Positions 8,716 through 16,733 of a stretch of 32,000 nucleotides of DNA are shown in pieces. The DNA lies in assembly GCA_026415035.1 (NCBI GenBank), contig JAOAHX010000022.1, positions 23,026-55,025 of the forward strand, given 5' to 3'. Position 1 is the stretch's first letter; the number at the start of each line of letters is the position of its first letter. A program made the position numbers and the translations under genes. This stretch comes from Thermodesulfobacteriota bacterium (GTDB lineage: Bacteria > Desulfobacterota > BSN033 > UBA1163). Under the pieces are notes generated by a model. It did no database searches, was not told where the DNA came from, and was given only the letters and a program-made list of their open reading frames with translations.

Positions 8716-8733
8716 GGATCGAATTTTTATATT
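8705..8733 (+). promoter_or_regulatory. sigma-70-type promoter TTGACA-N17-TATATT for the zinc-ribbon gene
   Basis: TTGACA at 8705-8710, a 17-nt spacer, then TATATT at 8728-8733. A GAGGTC-CAC-GACCTC hairpin at 8756-8770 lies in the predicted leader just before the SD. Confidence 0.6.
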
Positions 8734-8792
8734 ATCGGGGCAAAGGGAAATGGTAGAGGTCCACGACCTCGAGAAGGAGGGAGGAAGAGCGG

Positions 8793-8957
8793 ATGCCCAC
8801 CTACGACTATCATTGCCCGAAATGCAAGAAGAAATTCTCTCTCGTGATGAGCATCAAGGATCACGATGAGGGGAAAGCCAAATGCCCCAAATGTGGCAAT
8901 AAAAAGGTTGAACAGCAAATCAGTCTCTTCCAGGCCAAGACCTCGAGGAAGAGTTAA
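8793..8957 (+). CDS. FmdB-family (CxxC_CxxC_SSSS) zinc-ribbon protein, 54 aa
   Basis: Not in the ORF track because it is under 60 aa. Sequence: MPTYDYHCPKCKKKFSLVMSIKDHDEGKAKCPKCGNKKVEQQISLFQAKTSRKS. It has the Y-x-Y-x-C-x2-C ... C-P-x-C-G signature. The SD is GAAGGAGGGAGG. Confidence 0.8.
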   Translation: MPTYDYHCPKCKKKFSLVMSIKDHDEGKAKCPKCGNKKVEQQISLFQAKTSRKS

Positions 8958-9007
8958 CCCCTGCCATCACCCGATCCGAATCCCCCGACTCCCCCAGTCG
9001 AATCTTT

Positions 9008-9048
9008 CCGAGACCGAGAGGTGAGCCGTCTCGGAAGGGATATCCCTT
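9008..9048. other. two adjacent inverted repeats in a convergent intergenic gap
   Basis: CCGAGAC-N13-GTCTCGG at 9008-9034, then the palindrome AAGGGATATCCCTT at 9035-9048. Neither strand has a clear U-tract. Confidence 0.3.
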
Positions 9049-9072
9049 TGCACCGAAGGGGCCTCTTTTTCC

Positions 9073-9963
9073 TCAGATCAACGTCCCTTCCGTCCAACCT
9101 AATTTGACGATGTCGATGCGGCCAAGATCGCTGACGCCGAGGCGATACTTCTCGTCGGCGGCGAAGATATGGGTGGGCGGTGTTTCGAGGGGTTTATCCT
9201 CTTTGAAGTAGGCGATCCGCTGGAGCTGGAGCAATCGCGCCCCCACGGCGTCGAGGGCCACCGGGTCCTTTCCGAGGAGAAGGCCCTTGTAGTCGGAGAC
9301 GAATCTCGGGTCAAAGTGGTGGGGGCCACGATTATAGAACTGGGTTCGGAGGAGGCTGAGGATGTTGAGCCTCGTTTTTCCCCTGACGATCGGTTTGTTC
9401 CAAATCGAGGCCAGTGGGGAACAGGCCTCTCCATGGTAGAGCCATGGCGTCGGGACGAACATCACGTAATTCTTGATACAGCCCCCGATGCCTGACCAAT
9501 GGTGGGTCCTCAAGGGGCGGACATTGATCAAGGCGGTGGAGGATTTGAAAATGGGATTGTTCAAAACCCCCCGGTCGTCGATCGCGATATTTTTCCGCGA
9601 AACGCCCGCATCCATCACCCTCCTGACGATGGCCTCTTCGAGCTCCGGAGGGGTGGGAAGATAAGGCCAGACATTGCTCTTGACGCCCACGATGTCATGG
9701 GGTTTGATCAGCCTCTTCCAGGCCTGAACGGGATCGGTCTCCTCTAAAAGGGCACAGACGCCTTCATCCAGCATCCTCTGCACGACCTTTGCGTTGAGGT
9801 GGCCCTGAGGGTCGATGGCGTTCTCGTCACGGACGAGAACCACTTTGACCCTGTCCCCTCCCTCCGATCCTCCCGTGAGCGAGGAACCTATGGCCGCACC
9901 CAACGTGGCATAGGCCGTGCTTCGGAGGAAATCCCTCCGGGTGATGATCTTGCGGAATGTCAT
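9073..9963 (-). CDS. Tat-signal DUF362-like protein
   Basis: I chose the internal ATG at 9963 because it forms an ATGA overlap with the upstream stop. That gives MTFRKIITRRDFLRSTAYATLGAAIG, a twin-arginine signal. The body (VKVVLVRDE ... HDIVGVKSNVW) resembles DUF362; the family call is from memory. Confidence 0.6.
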   Translation of the reverse strand: MTFRKIITRRDFLRSTAYATLGAAIGSSLTGGSEGGDRVKVVLVRDENAIDPQGHLNAKVVQRMLDEGVCALLEETDPVQAWKRLIKPHDIVGVKSNVWPYLPTPPELEEAIVRRVMDAGVSRKNIAIDDRGVLNNPIFKSSTALINVRPLRTHHWSGIGGCIKNYVMFVPTPWLYHGEACSPLASIWNKPIVRGKTRLNILSLLRTQFYNRGPHHFDPRFVSDYKGLLLGKDPVALDAVGARLLQLQRIAYFKEDKPLETPPTHIFAADEKYRLGVSDLGRIDIVKLGWTEGTLI

Positions 9964-10907
9964 GGGCGACCTCGTTTCAAGCGGTTCTGAGCCGATTCGA
10001 TCAGGGTTTCGGCCTTTTCTTGCGAAGGTGCGTCGAAGACGATAAGGAGATACCTCTCCGTTAATGTGGCGGAGGTCCATTTTCCATTTTCCGTTTTTAC
10101 GGTTTGGGTGGGCGGGGCCTCAGGCATATAGGCCTTCATAAACCTCTTCAGAGCGTTTTCCGCCTGCCTCCGTCCGGGATACTGGATCAGGAGAAGGAAG
10201 GCCCTGTCTTTCTCGCCCCCCAGGAGATAGGGGGCCAGGACCGCAGGGGTTTTCTCTCCTAAACCCAAAAGGTTTTCGTGAGCGAGGAAGTAGTGATGGT
10301 TGAGAATCTGGGGATGGCGAAAGTAACGGATGGCATTTTTCGTCAGCCCTCCTTCGGGGAGGTATTGGATCAATGTCGGAAGCGTCCCCTCCTCCTTGAT
10401 CTTTTTTGCGATGGCCCTGCCGATCTTCAGGAGTTCGACCTTGGTGGTGGCGGTCTCCTTCTCAGCAAAGAGGGAGACGAAATACCTTCCTTTCCAGAAC
10501 CTGAGAAGGCCGCCTCCGTAATCTGACCCCTGACCAATTCCCACCTCTTCTTCCGGCGTCTGGTAGGAAAAGATCCCGAAGGCATCTTCGGAGGCGCCCA
10601 TATCGTAGAGCTCCACCACGATGGCGGGGTGGCCCTCTTTGACATATTTTCGGACCATCAGGAGGCTAAAGGCGTAGGCACGGTAAAGCTCGGCTGCACC
10701 GTCCATATATTTGAAGGCGGTCTGGCGGTCGTAAAACTCCTCCTTTCCCTCCGCCTTATAGTCCTCCAGCTGGGAGGGGAGCAATCTCCTCATCTCCCCC
10801 CTCCTCCCCTCTTTCTCGGCTGAAAAGGCGAAAGGTTGGGCGGTCATGAAGGTCCCCCAAATCAGAAGGAAAGAGGCCAGGGGAAGGATCCGGTCAGGTT
10901 TCACCAT
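9960..10907 (-). CDS. exported hypothetical protein (315 aa)
   Basis: The signal-like N-terminus is MVKPDRILPLASFLLIWGTFMTAQPFAFSA-EKE. It overlaps the upstream gene by 14 nt. No family recognised. Confidence 0.6.
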   Translation of the reverse strand: MVKPDRILPLASFLLIWGTFMTAQPFAFSAEKEGRRGEMRRLLPSQLEDYKAEGKEEFYDRQTAFKYMDGAAELYRAYAFSLLMVRKYVKEGHPAIVVELYDMGASEDAFGIFSYQTPEEEVGIGQGSDYGGGLLRFWKGRYFVSLFAEKETATTKVELLKIGRAIAKKIKEEGTLPTLIQYLPEGGLTKNAIRYFRHPQILNHHYFLAHENLLGLGEKTPAVLAPYLLGGEKDRAFLLLIQYPGRRQAENALKRFMKAYMPEAPPTQTVKTENGKWTSATLTERYLLIVFDAPSQEKAETLIESAQNRLKRGRP

Positions 10908-11667
10908 TTTGCCCCACAGGACACGATTTAAAGCAGTTGAAACAGAAGTATTGAAAGCCGATGAAGCCGGCCTGATAGAGACGCCAGAAGTGGACGTCCT
11001 TGATCATCCTCTTCTGGTCTTCGATCGGGCTTTCGGCGAATTTCGTCCAGAAGCGGATGGCGCTGCCGATGCCATAGGGCTGACTGTTTTTAAGGCACTT
11101 CATGTCGTCGGTTTTACCCTCTTCGTCGAGGGCTCCGACGGGACAACTCGTGACGCAGAGGTGGCAGCCCGTGCAGAGCGTTTCCGTGACCGGAGGATCC
11201 GAGGGCAGATCGAGGTTGGTGAGAACGGCGGTGAAAAGGACCCGGGATCCGAGCCTGGGATGGATGACGAGGTTATGCCTGCCGAGATGGCCCAATCCGG
11301 CTGCAATCGCGGCATGGCGCAGGGAGACATCGCCGATGGTTCCCTTGGTTTCGTCACTCATGTAGAGGGGGTAAGAAGGGGGAACGGTCATGGCCTTGGC
11401 CTTCAGCTCTTTTTCTAAGAAGCGGGCCAGACGATAATTGGTGGATCGGGCAAACTCGATCTCGTCGAGCCGACCGCCCATGGCGATCTGCATATTGCCG
11501 CTCTCACAATTGGAGAGGGCCTTGTGGGCGAGGACCACGATCGATCGGACCCCTGGAAAGATCGATTGAATGTCGGGAGACCTGGGGCTCCTATAGTCCC
11601 TGACGGATGCGATGCCGACATCGTCCACCCCCAGCCCCAAGAGGAAGGCTTTGATCTTCTCTTTCAT
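10894..11667 (-). CDS. QueG / reductive-dehalogenase-superfamily 4Fe-4S protein (short form, 257 aa)
   Basis: ATG at 11667 follows an AGGAGG SD; the ORF-track start at 11760 is an extension. LRHAAIAAGLGHLGRHNLVIHPRLGSRVLF is a QueG-like core. The cluster motifs are CTGCHLCVTSCPVGAL (CxxCxxCxxxCP) and CFNCFKSCPVG (CxxCxxxCP). Confidence 0.65.
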   Translation of the reverse strand: MKEKIKAFLLGLGVDDVGIASVRDYRSPRSPDIQSIFPGVRSIVVLAHKALSNCESGNMQIAMGGRLDEIEFARSTNYRLARFLEKELKAKAMTVPPSYPLYMSDETKGTIGDVSLRHAAIAAGLGHLGRHNLVIHPRLGSRVLFTAVLTNLDLPSDPPVTETLCTGCHLCVTSCPVGALDEEGKTDDMKCLKNSQPYGIGSAIRFWTKFAESPIEDQKRMIKDVHFWRLYQAGFIGFQYFCFNCFKSCPVGQNGET

Positions 11668-11703
11668 GGAGAGCCTCCTGATTTCAGCCTGCCCTTCTCT
11701 TCC

Positions 11704-11733
11704 ATTATAGGGGAAAACCCCCATGGAAAGCAA
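11704..11733 (-). promoter_or_regulatory. possible internal promoter TTGCTT-N18-TATAAT ahead of the QueG-like gene
   Basis: On the minus strand, TTGCTT is at 11733-11728 and a perfect TATAAT at 11709-11704, in the 79-nt gap after dctM. Confidence 0.4.
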
Positions 11734-11746
11734 AAGGCCCCTCGCA

Positions 11747-13030
11747 CTAATGGAGACCAAAGAGGTCAGGAAGCCAGAGGGAGAGGCCGGGGAGGTAGGT
11801 GATGATTAAAAGGGCAACGATCAGGGCAGCCACAAAGGGAAGGGCGGCCCGGGAGATGCGCTCCATCGAGATCTCGGCCAGATTGGCGGCCACATAGAGA
11901 TTTAAGGCCACCGGCGGTGTCACGGTGCCGATGGAGAGGTTGACGGCCATCATCACGCCAAACCACATCGGGTCCCACCCGAAATGCCTGATCACCGGCA
12001 GGAGAATGGGGAGGAAGACATAGAAGATGGAGATGGCATCCATGATCATCCCCGCGATCAGGAGCAGGAGGTTTAAGAGCAAGAGGAGGGCGATGGGATT
12101 CTGCGAGAAGGAGAGCAGGGCCTTGGCGGCTCGATCCATGACGCCGAGGGTGGAGCCCGTCCAGGCGAAGAGCCCGGCGAAGGCGACCACGATCATGACC
12201 ACGGAGGTGGCCACCGCAGCATCCCTCAGCACCTCGTAAAGGATCTTCATCTTCAGATTTCGATAAATGAAGATCCCGACCACGAGGCCATAAAAGACGG
12301 CGACGACGGCCGCCTCCGTCGGCGTGAAGATGCCCCCGTAAATCCCCCCCAGGATGATCACGGGAGCGAGCAGACCGAAGATCGCCTCCTTGAAGGCCTT
12401 CCTTATTTCGGATTTGGTTCCCCATCGCTCTCCGCCCCATCCCTTTCTTTTCGAGATGAGGTAGACCGGGATGACCAGGGCCAGCCCCATGATGAGCCCA
12501 GGGACGACCCCTGCGGCGAAGAGGCCGCTTATGGACGTTTCCGTGATCACCCCATAGACCACGAAGGCGACACTGGGCGGGATGAGGACGTCGGTCGTGG
12601 CCGCGGAGGCGACGAGGGCCGATGCAAACCCCTTGTCGTAACCCCGTTTCACCATGGCCGGGATCATGACCGCGCCGATGGCCGCCGTATCCGCAGGGCC
12701 GGTCCCAGAGATGGCTCCGAAGAAGACGCAGCCCGCCACCGCCACCAACCCCAGGCCTCCCGGAATCGGGCCGATGAGAAGGTTCAGAAGGTTGACCAAC
12801 CGCCTCGAGAGCCCAACCCGGTCCATGAGGAATCCGGCAAGGATGAAGAAGGGGATGGCCAGGAGCGGAAATTTGGCGATGTTGGCGAAGAAGTTCGTCG
12901 AGATGACCATGATGCCCAGATGGTACTGATAGAGGAAGACGATCGCCGTGATCCCGACGCTGATGGCAATCGGAACCCCGAGGAAAAGGAGGAGGAAGAA
13001 GAGCCCGAAGAAGAGGATTCCCGGTTCCAT
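11747..13030 (-). CDS. dctM: TRAP transporter large permease (DctM family), 427 aa
   Basis: Start set to the ATG at 13030, reading MEPGILFFGLFFLLLFLGVPIAISVG, which forms an ATGA overlap with the dctQ stop. The ORF-track extension to 13495 overlaps dctQ. The protein is polytopic and DctM-like throughout. Confidence 0.88.
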   Translation of the reverse strand: MEPGILFFGLFFLLLFLGVPIAISVGITAIVFLYQYHLGIMVISTNFFANIAKFPLLAIPFFILAGFLMDRVGLSRRLVNLLNLLIGPIPGGLGLVAVAGCVFFGAISGTGPADTAAIGAVMIPAMVKRGYDKGFASALVASAATTDVLIPPSVAFVVYGVITETSISGLFAAGVVPGLIMGLALVIPVYLISKRKGWGGERWGTKSEIRKAFKEAIFGLLAPVIILGGIYGGIFTPTEAAVVAVFYGLVVGIFIYRNLKMKILYEVLRDAAVATSVVMIVVAFAGLFAWTGSTLGVMDRAAKALLSFSQNPIALLLLLNLLLLIAGMIMDAISIFYVFLPILLPVIRHFGWDPMWFGVMMAVNLSIGTVTPPVALNLYVAANLAEISMERISRAALPFVAALIVALLIITYLPGLSLWLPDLFGLH

Positions 13031-13515
13031 CAGGTTTTTCCAGCTCTTTGACAGGCCAGGTAGGCGCCTTGAAAGATTCGAAAGATAACCAGGAGGCTCC
13101 AGATCGGCATCCCGATGGTGTACCACCATTGGGGGACCCCGATGCCGCTCGAGGTAATTTTCAAGGCCACCTCTTCTTTGATCTGGAGGATCGAGAAGTA
13201 AATCAGAAGGGCGAAGAGGATCGCTCCTAAAAGGGCACTGATCCAGAGAAGGAGTTTCCGGGCCTTGAGGGGAAGCCGGTCCGTGAGAAAGGTGAAACTG
13301 AGATGGGTCCCCTGACGGAAGGCGATGGCTGACCCCAGGAGCGTGACCCAGACGAAGAGGCTGACGACCAGCTCCTCGGTGAAGGCGAGGGAAAATTTTA
13401 GCAGGTAGCGAGAGACGATGTTGACGAACAGGATGAGGCCCATGAGGCCAAAGAGGAAGACACAGAGGACTTCTTCCAGATGGGAGGCCAGCCACTTCCC
13501 TCTTTTGAGCATCAT
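13030..13515 (-). CDS. dctQ: TRAP transporter small permease (DctQ family)
   Basis: About four hydrophobic spans at DctQ size. The start is taken at the tandem ATG ATG (13515/13512); the exact start is uncertain. Confidence 0.8.
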   Translation of the reverse strand: MMLKRGKWLASHLEEVLCVFLFGLMGLILFVNIVSRYLLKFSLAFTEELVVSLFVWVTLLGSAIAFRQGTHLSFTFLTDRLPLKARKLLLWISALLGAILFALLIYFSILQIKEEVALKITSSGIGVPQWWYTIGMPIWSLLVIFRIFQGAYLACQRAGKT

Positions 13516-13599
13516 GATTCGACCCCGACTTGCCCCCTCTCGACCCGAGATCGGAACGAAATCCTTTCCCAAGGCCAGAGGGGGCCGGAAGGGATTGGA

Positions 13600-14622
13600 T
13601 TATTTGACGCCTTTGATCACCTTATCCGCCGCACTGACCAAATCGGCCCCGATCTCCGGTACCCACTTATCATAGACCGATTTGGTCTTGGCCTTGAAGA
13701 CTTCCATGTCCTTTGCCGTGAAGACGACGACCTCCATGCCTTTCCCTTTCAGAAGGTCAATGGCCTCCGTGCTGCCCTCCAGGCCTTTTCTCGCCTCCTT
13801 GAGATTCCAGGCGGCGGCCTCCTGGGCGGCTTTGGCGATCATCTCCCGATCCTTCGGGTCGAAGCCCTCCCAGGTGGCTTTGCTCACCCCGAAGATCAGG
13901 GGGTCGATCGTGTAGTGCCAGATGGTGATATGTTTGTTCATCTCCCACAATTTGTACGGGATGATGATGGAGACGACGGGGTTCTCTTGGCCATCGACCG
14001 TCCCCTGCTGGAGCGCGGTCAGGGCCTCGGACCAGTTGATCGAGACGGGATTTCCTCCCATGGCCCTGAAGGTGTCGACGAAGATCGGGGAACCCACCAC
14101 GCGGATTTTCAGCCCTTCCAGGTCTTCCGGTTTACGAACGGGCCGTTTGGAGTTGGTCAACTCCCTGTACCCATTTTCTCCCCAGGCGAGGCCGACCACC
14201 CCCCGTTCCTCGATGATCTTGAAGAGTTTCTTGCCGGGTTCCCCTGCCTTGACCGCATCGAGATGTTTGTAGTCGGGGAAGAAGAAGGGAAGGGAGAAGA
14301 GGTTGAGCTCTTTGACGGCTGGCGACCAGTTGATGGTGGAGCCGACGGCAAAATCGGCCACTCCCTGCCGGAGGATGAGGAATTCGTTGGTCTGCATCCC
14401 CGCAAAGAGCTGCCCGGCGAAGTAGCATTTGATATTGATTTTCCCTCCGGAACGCTCCTTGACCAAATCGGCGAATTTCTGTGCCGCCTGGCCCCAAGGC
14501 GTTTGGGGTCCGATGACGAGGCTCAACTTGTATTCCGGTTTGTACATGGTGGCCCCGGTTTCGCCGATCCCGAACAGGACAAGACCAAAGACGACGGTAG
14601 CGAAAAGCATCTTTCTAAACAT
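13600..14622 (-). CDS. dctP: TRAP transporter substrate-binding protein (DctP family)
   Basis: ATG at 14622 lies 6 nt after GAGGAGG; the ORF-track start at 14640 is a TTG upstream of the SD. It has a signal peptide and the DctP-like GENGYRELTN and LKIRV motifs, including the carboxylate-binding Arg context. Confidence 0.88.
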   Translation of the reverse strand: MFRKMLFATVVFGLVLFGIGETGATMYKPEYKLSLVIGPQTPWGQAAQKFADLVKERSGGKINIKCYFAGQLFAGMQTNEFLILRQGVADFAVGSTINWSPAVKELNLFSLPFFFPDYKHLDAVKAGEPGKKLFKIIEERGVVGLAWGENGYRELTNSKRPVRKPEDLEGLKIRVVGSPIFVDTFRAMGGNPVSINWSEALTALQQGTVDGQENPVVSIIIPYKLWEMNKHITIWHYTIDPLIFGVSKATWEGFDPKDREMIAKAAQEAAAWNLKEARKGLEGSTEAIDLLKGKGMEVVVFTAKDMEVFKAKTKSVYDKWVPEIGADLVSAADKVIKGVK

Positions 14623-14667
14623 CTTTGACCTCCTCTTCAAAGTTTCCCTTTCCCTAAGGGTGAAAAT

Positions 14668-14696
14668 TTTTTAACAAATCCTTTCCGTTTTGACAA
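14668..14696 (-). promoter_or_regulatory. possible promoter of dctPQM: TTGTCA-N17-TAAAAA with a TGT extension
   Basis: The minus strand reads TTGTCAAAACGGAAAGGATTTGTTAAAAAAT in the 91-nt gap upstream of dctP. Confidence 0.4.
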
Positions 14697-14713
14697 GGAA
14701 GGGTTGGACGCTC

Positions 14714-15133
14714 TTAGAACTCCTCGAAAAATGGGTGTACGAAGTCGAAGAAGGTCTGTCCGAAGGGCTTGCCTTGGAAGCCATCTACCGCAAGGGAGAG
14801 GAGAAACCCGAGGGCCACCAGGGTCAAAAAGGCGAAGAGGAGGAGGTCGTGATAGTGGTAGAAACGGCCGATCCTCTGGGCTGCCTGATGGAAGGGGGTC
14901 TTTTCGGGCTCCGAATCCCTTCCTGGCTTGGAGTAGTAGGGCGTGTCCACCCCGGAAAAGAGGAGGAGCAGCCTCGAGCCGACATAAAAGGCAAACGTCA
15001 GGAATCCGACGGAAAGGGCCGCCCCGGAGGGGGCCCCGAGGAGCCGGACGAGCCCATAGGCCAGCAGGCCATAGAGCCCCCCTCCGATGATCCCCAACGA
15101 TATCCTGACCGTCAACGCATTGAAGAAGCCCAT
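14714..15133 (-). CDS. small integral membrane protein (139 aa), unknown family
   Basis: About four hydrophobic spans. It starts 4 nt after the stop of the acyl-CoA synthetase alpha-type gene. Confidence 0.6.
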   Translation of the reverse strand: MGFFNALTVRISLGIIGGGLYGLLAYGLVRLLGAPSGAALSVGFLTFAFYVGSRLLLLFSGVDTPYYSKPGRDSEPEKTPFHQAAQRIGRFYHYHDLLLFAFLTLVALGFLLSLAVDGFQGKPFGQTFFDFVHPFFEEF

Positions 15134-15137
15134 GAGG

Positions 15138-16526
15138 TCAACGATTCAATCTTCGGTATCTCACAAGGTTCGAAAGGGCCTTGGCCGCCCGCTCCGGTGT
15201 GGGATAGTTGGGCATCCCCGCTGCCTCAAGGCGTCCGATCTCTTCGTCCCAGATCCCCTCCGGGGCCGACATACAGCAGAGGATCGGTTTGTCGATCTCC
15301 ATCCGGACCAGGGCGTCGGCCAGGGTCCCTACGGCCGAGCGGTTGGCCGAAGCGAACATGATGCAGAAGAGGAGGGCGTCGATTCGCTCGTCCTTTAAGA
15401 CGGCCTCCACCGTTCCGCGAATGGCCTCGGAATCGTACCAGGCGGGTCCCATGTCTACGGGGTTGGTGCGTATGGCCAGAGGGGGCAGAAGGCGGTTGAT
15501 CTTCTCCTGGGTGGTGGGGGAGAAGGGGGGGACAAGCAGTCCCTCCCGCTCACACACGTCGCAAGCGGCCATTCCAGGCCCGGCCTGTCCCGAAAGGACC
15601 GCCACCCGGTTTCCTTTTGGGAGATGAGCGAGGGCCAGGGCCTTCGCCGCATCGAGAAGTTCCTCCGAGCTGTTGACGGTGAGGATACCGGATTGCTTGA
15701 AGGCCGCCTCGTAGATTTCATGCCTGCCGGCGAGGGACCCTGTATGGAACTGGGAGGCCTTGTCTCCGGTCGAGGAACGGCCTGTTTTGTAGGCGACGAT
15801 CGGTTTTCCGGCTGCTCCTGCCTTGGCCGCCTCGAGCAATCGTCTCGGCTGGTCCAGTCCTTCGAGATAAAGGGCCATCACTCCGGTATGGGGGTCCCGA
15901 TCGAGATAGTCCACCATGTCCCAGAAATCGACATTACAACGGTTCCCAAGCCCCACGATCTTGCTCAATCCAACGGAGTGGCGCATCGTTAAGAAACCGA
16001 AGAGGTGGGACATCCCGCCGCTCTGGCTCACAAAGGCGATGTTTCCTCTTCTGACCCTCGAGAATTCGGGGGTGAAGGTGGCGTTCAGGGGGAGGTGGAG
16101 ATTGACGATGCCGAAGGTATTGGGGCCAATGATCTTTATTCCAGACCGGTTGGCCAGTTCGGTGATCTCCCGTTGCAACAGTTCGCCCCTTCGGTCCTCG
16201 ATCTCCTTGAACCCCGCCGTGATGAGGACGACGCCCCTCACCCCCTTTTCGCGGCAGACCTGAAGGGTCTTGGGCACCTGTTCGGCCGGAAGAACGATGA
16301 TGGCGAGTTCCACCCTGTCAGGAATCTCGAGAAGGGAAGGGGAGGTCCGAATCCCGAAGATCTCGGCCTTTCCCGGGTTGACCGGATAGATCCGGCCGGG
16401 ATAATTCCCCTCGGTCAAGCTCCTCATCACATGGGATCCGAGCTTGTTTGGGTTATCCGAGGCGCCGATAACCGCCACCGCCTCGGGTTCGAAGATGGCG
16501 TGAAGTGCCTCTCGGTCTTGGCTCAT
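15138..16526 (-). CDS. CoA-binding, ADP-forming acyl-CoA synthetase alpha-type protein (462 aa)
   Basis: Start is at MSQDREALHAIFEPEAVAVIGASDNPNKLG (ATG at 16526); the ORF-track extension to 17120 is discarded. VIGAS...G is a CoA-binding Rossmann motif. IIGPNTFGIVN, FVSQSGG and FHTGSLAG (phosphohistidine-loop-like) are also present. Confidence 0.8.
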   Translation of the reverse strand: MSQDREALHAIFEPEAVAVIGASDNPNKLGSHVMRSLTEGNYPGRIYPVNPGKAEIFGIRTSPSLLEIPDRVELAIIVLPAEQVPKTLQVCREKGVRGVVLITAGFKEIEDRRGELLQREITELANRSGIKIIGPNTFGIVNLHLPLNATFTPEFSRVRRGNIAFVSQSGGMSHLFGFLTMRHSVGLSKIVGLGNRCNVDFWDMVDYLDRDPHTGVMALYLEGLDQPRRLLEAAKAGAAGKPIVAYKTGRSSTGDKASQFHTGSLAGRHEIYEAAFKQSGILTVNSSEELLDAAKALALAHLPKGNRVAVLSGQAGPGMAACDVCEREGLLVPPFSPTTQEKINRLLPPLAIRTNPVDMGPAWYDSEAIRGTVEAVLKDERIDALLFCIMFASANRSAVGTLADALVRMEIDKPILCCMSAPEGIWDEEIGRLEAAGMPNYPTPERAAKALSNLVRYRRLNR

Positions 16527-16733
16527 GGCTCTTCCTTTCCGGTTCCCTCGGGTCTTTCGCTCCTTTGAATCCCCTTTCGAGGAAGGCCCTCCGAGGTCCT
16601 CTCCGTCCGACCCTGGAGGGTAAGGGGTTCTGGGTAAACTTGAATATACACTGTTTTTGAAATGGAGGGAAGCCCCTCCTTTGTTGTAGAATGTAGGCAG
16701 GAAGCGTATTCGGATCCCTATCGAAGGTGAAGG

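Noticed and set aside
9008-9072. Hairpins between the convergent zinc-ribbon and DUF362 genes read as intrinsic terminators
   Set aside because: The stems are present, but neither strand has a following U-tract, so they are recorded only as inverted repeats.
13480-14628. 382-aa plus-strand ORF antisense to dctP. Similar long antisense ORFs occur at 18240-19574, 22315-23388, 24320-25120, 26751-27782 and 28396-29403.
   Set aside because: Each lies fully inside a gene with strong family motifs on the opposite strand. All have low-complexity G/R/P/D-rich translations and lack SD sequences.
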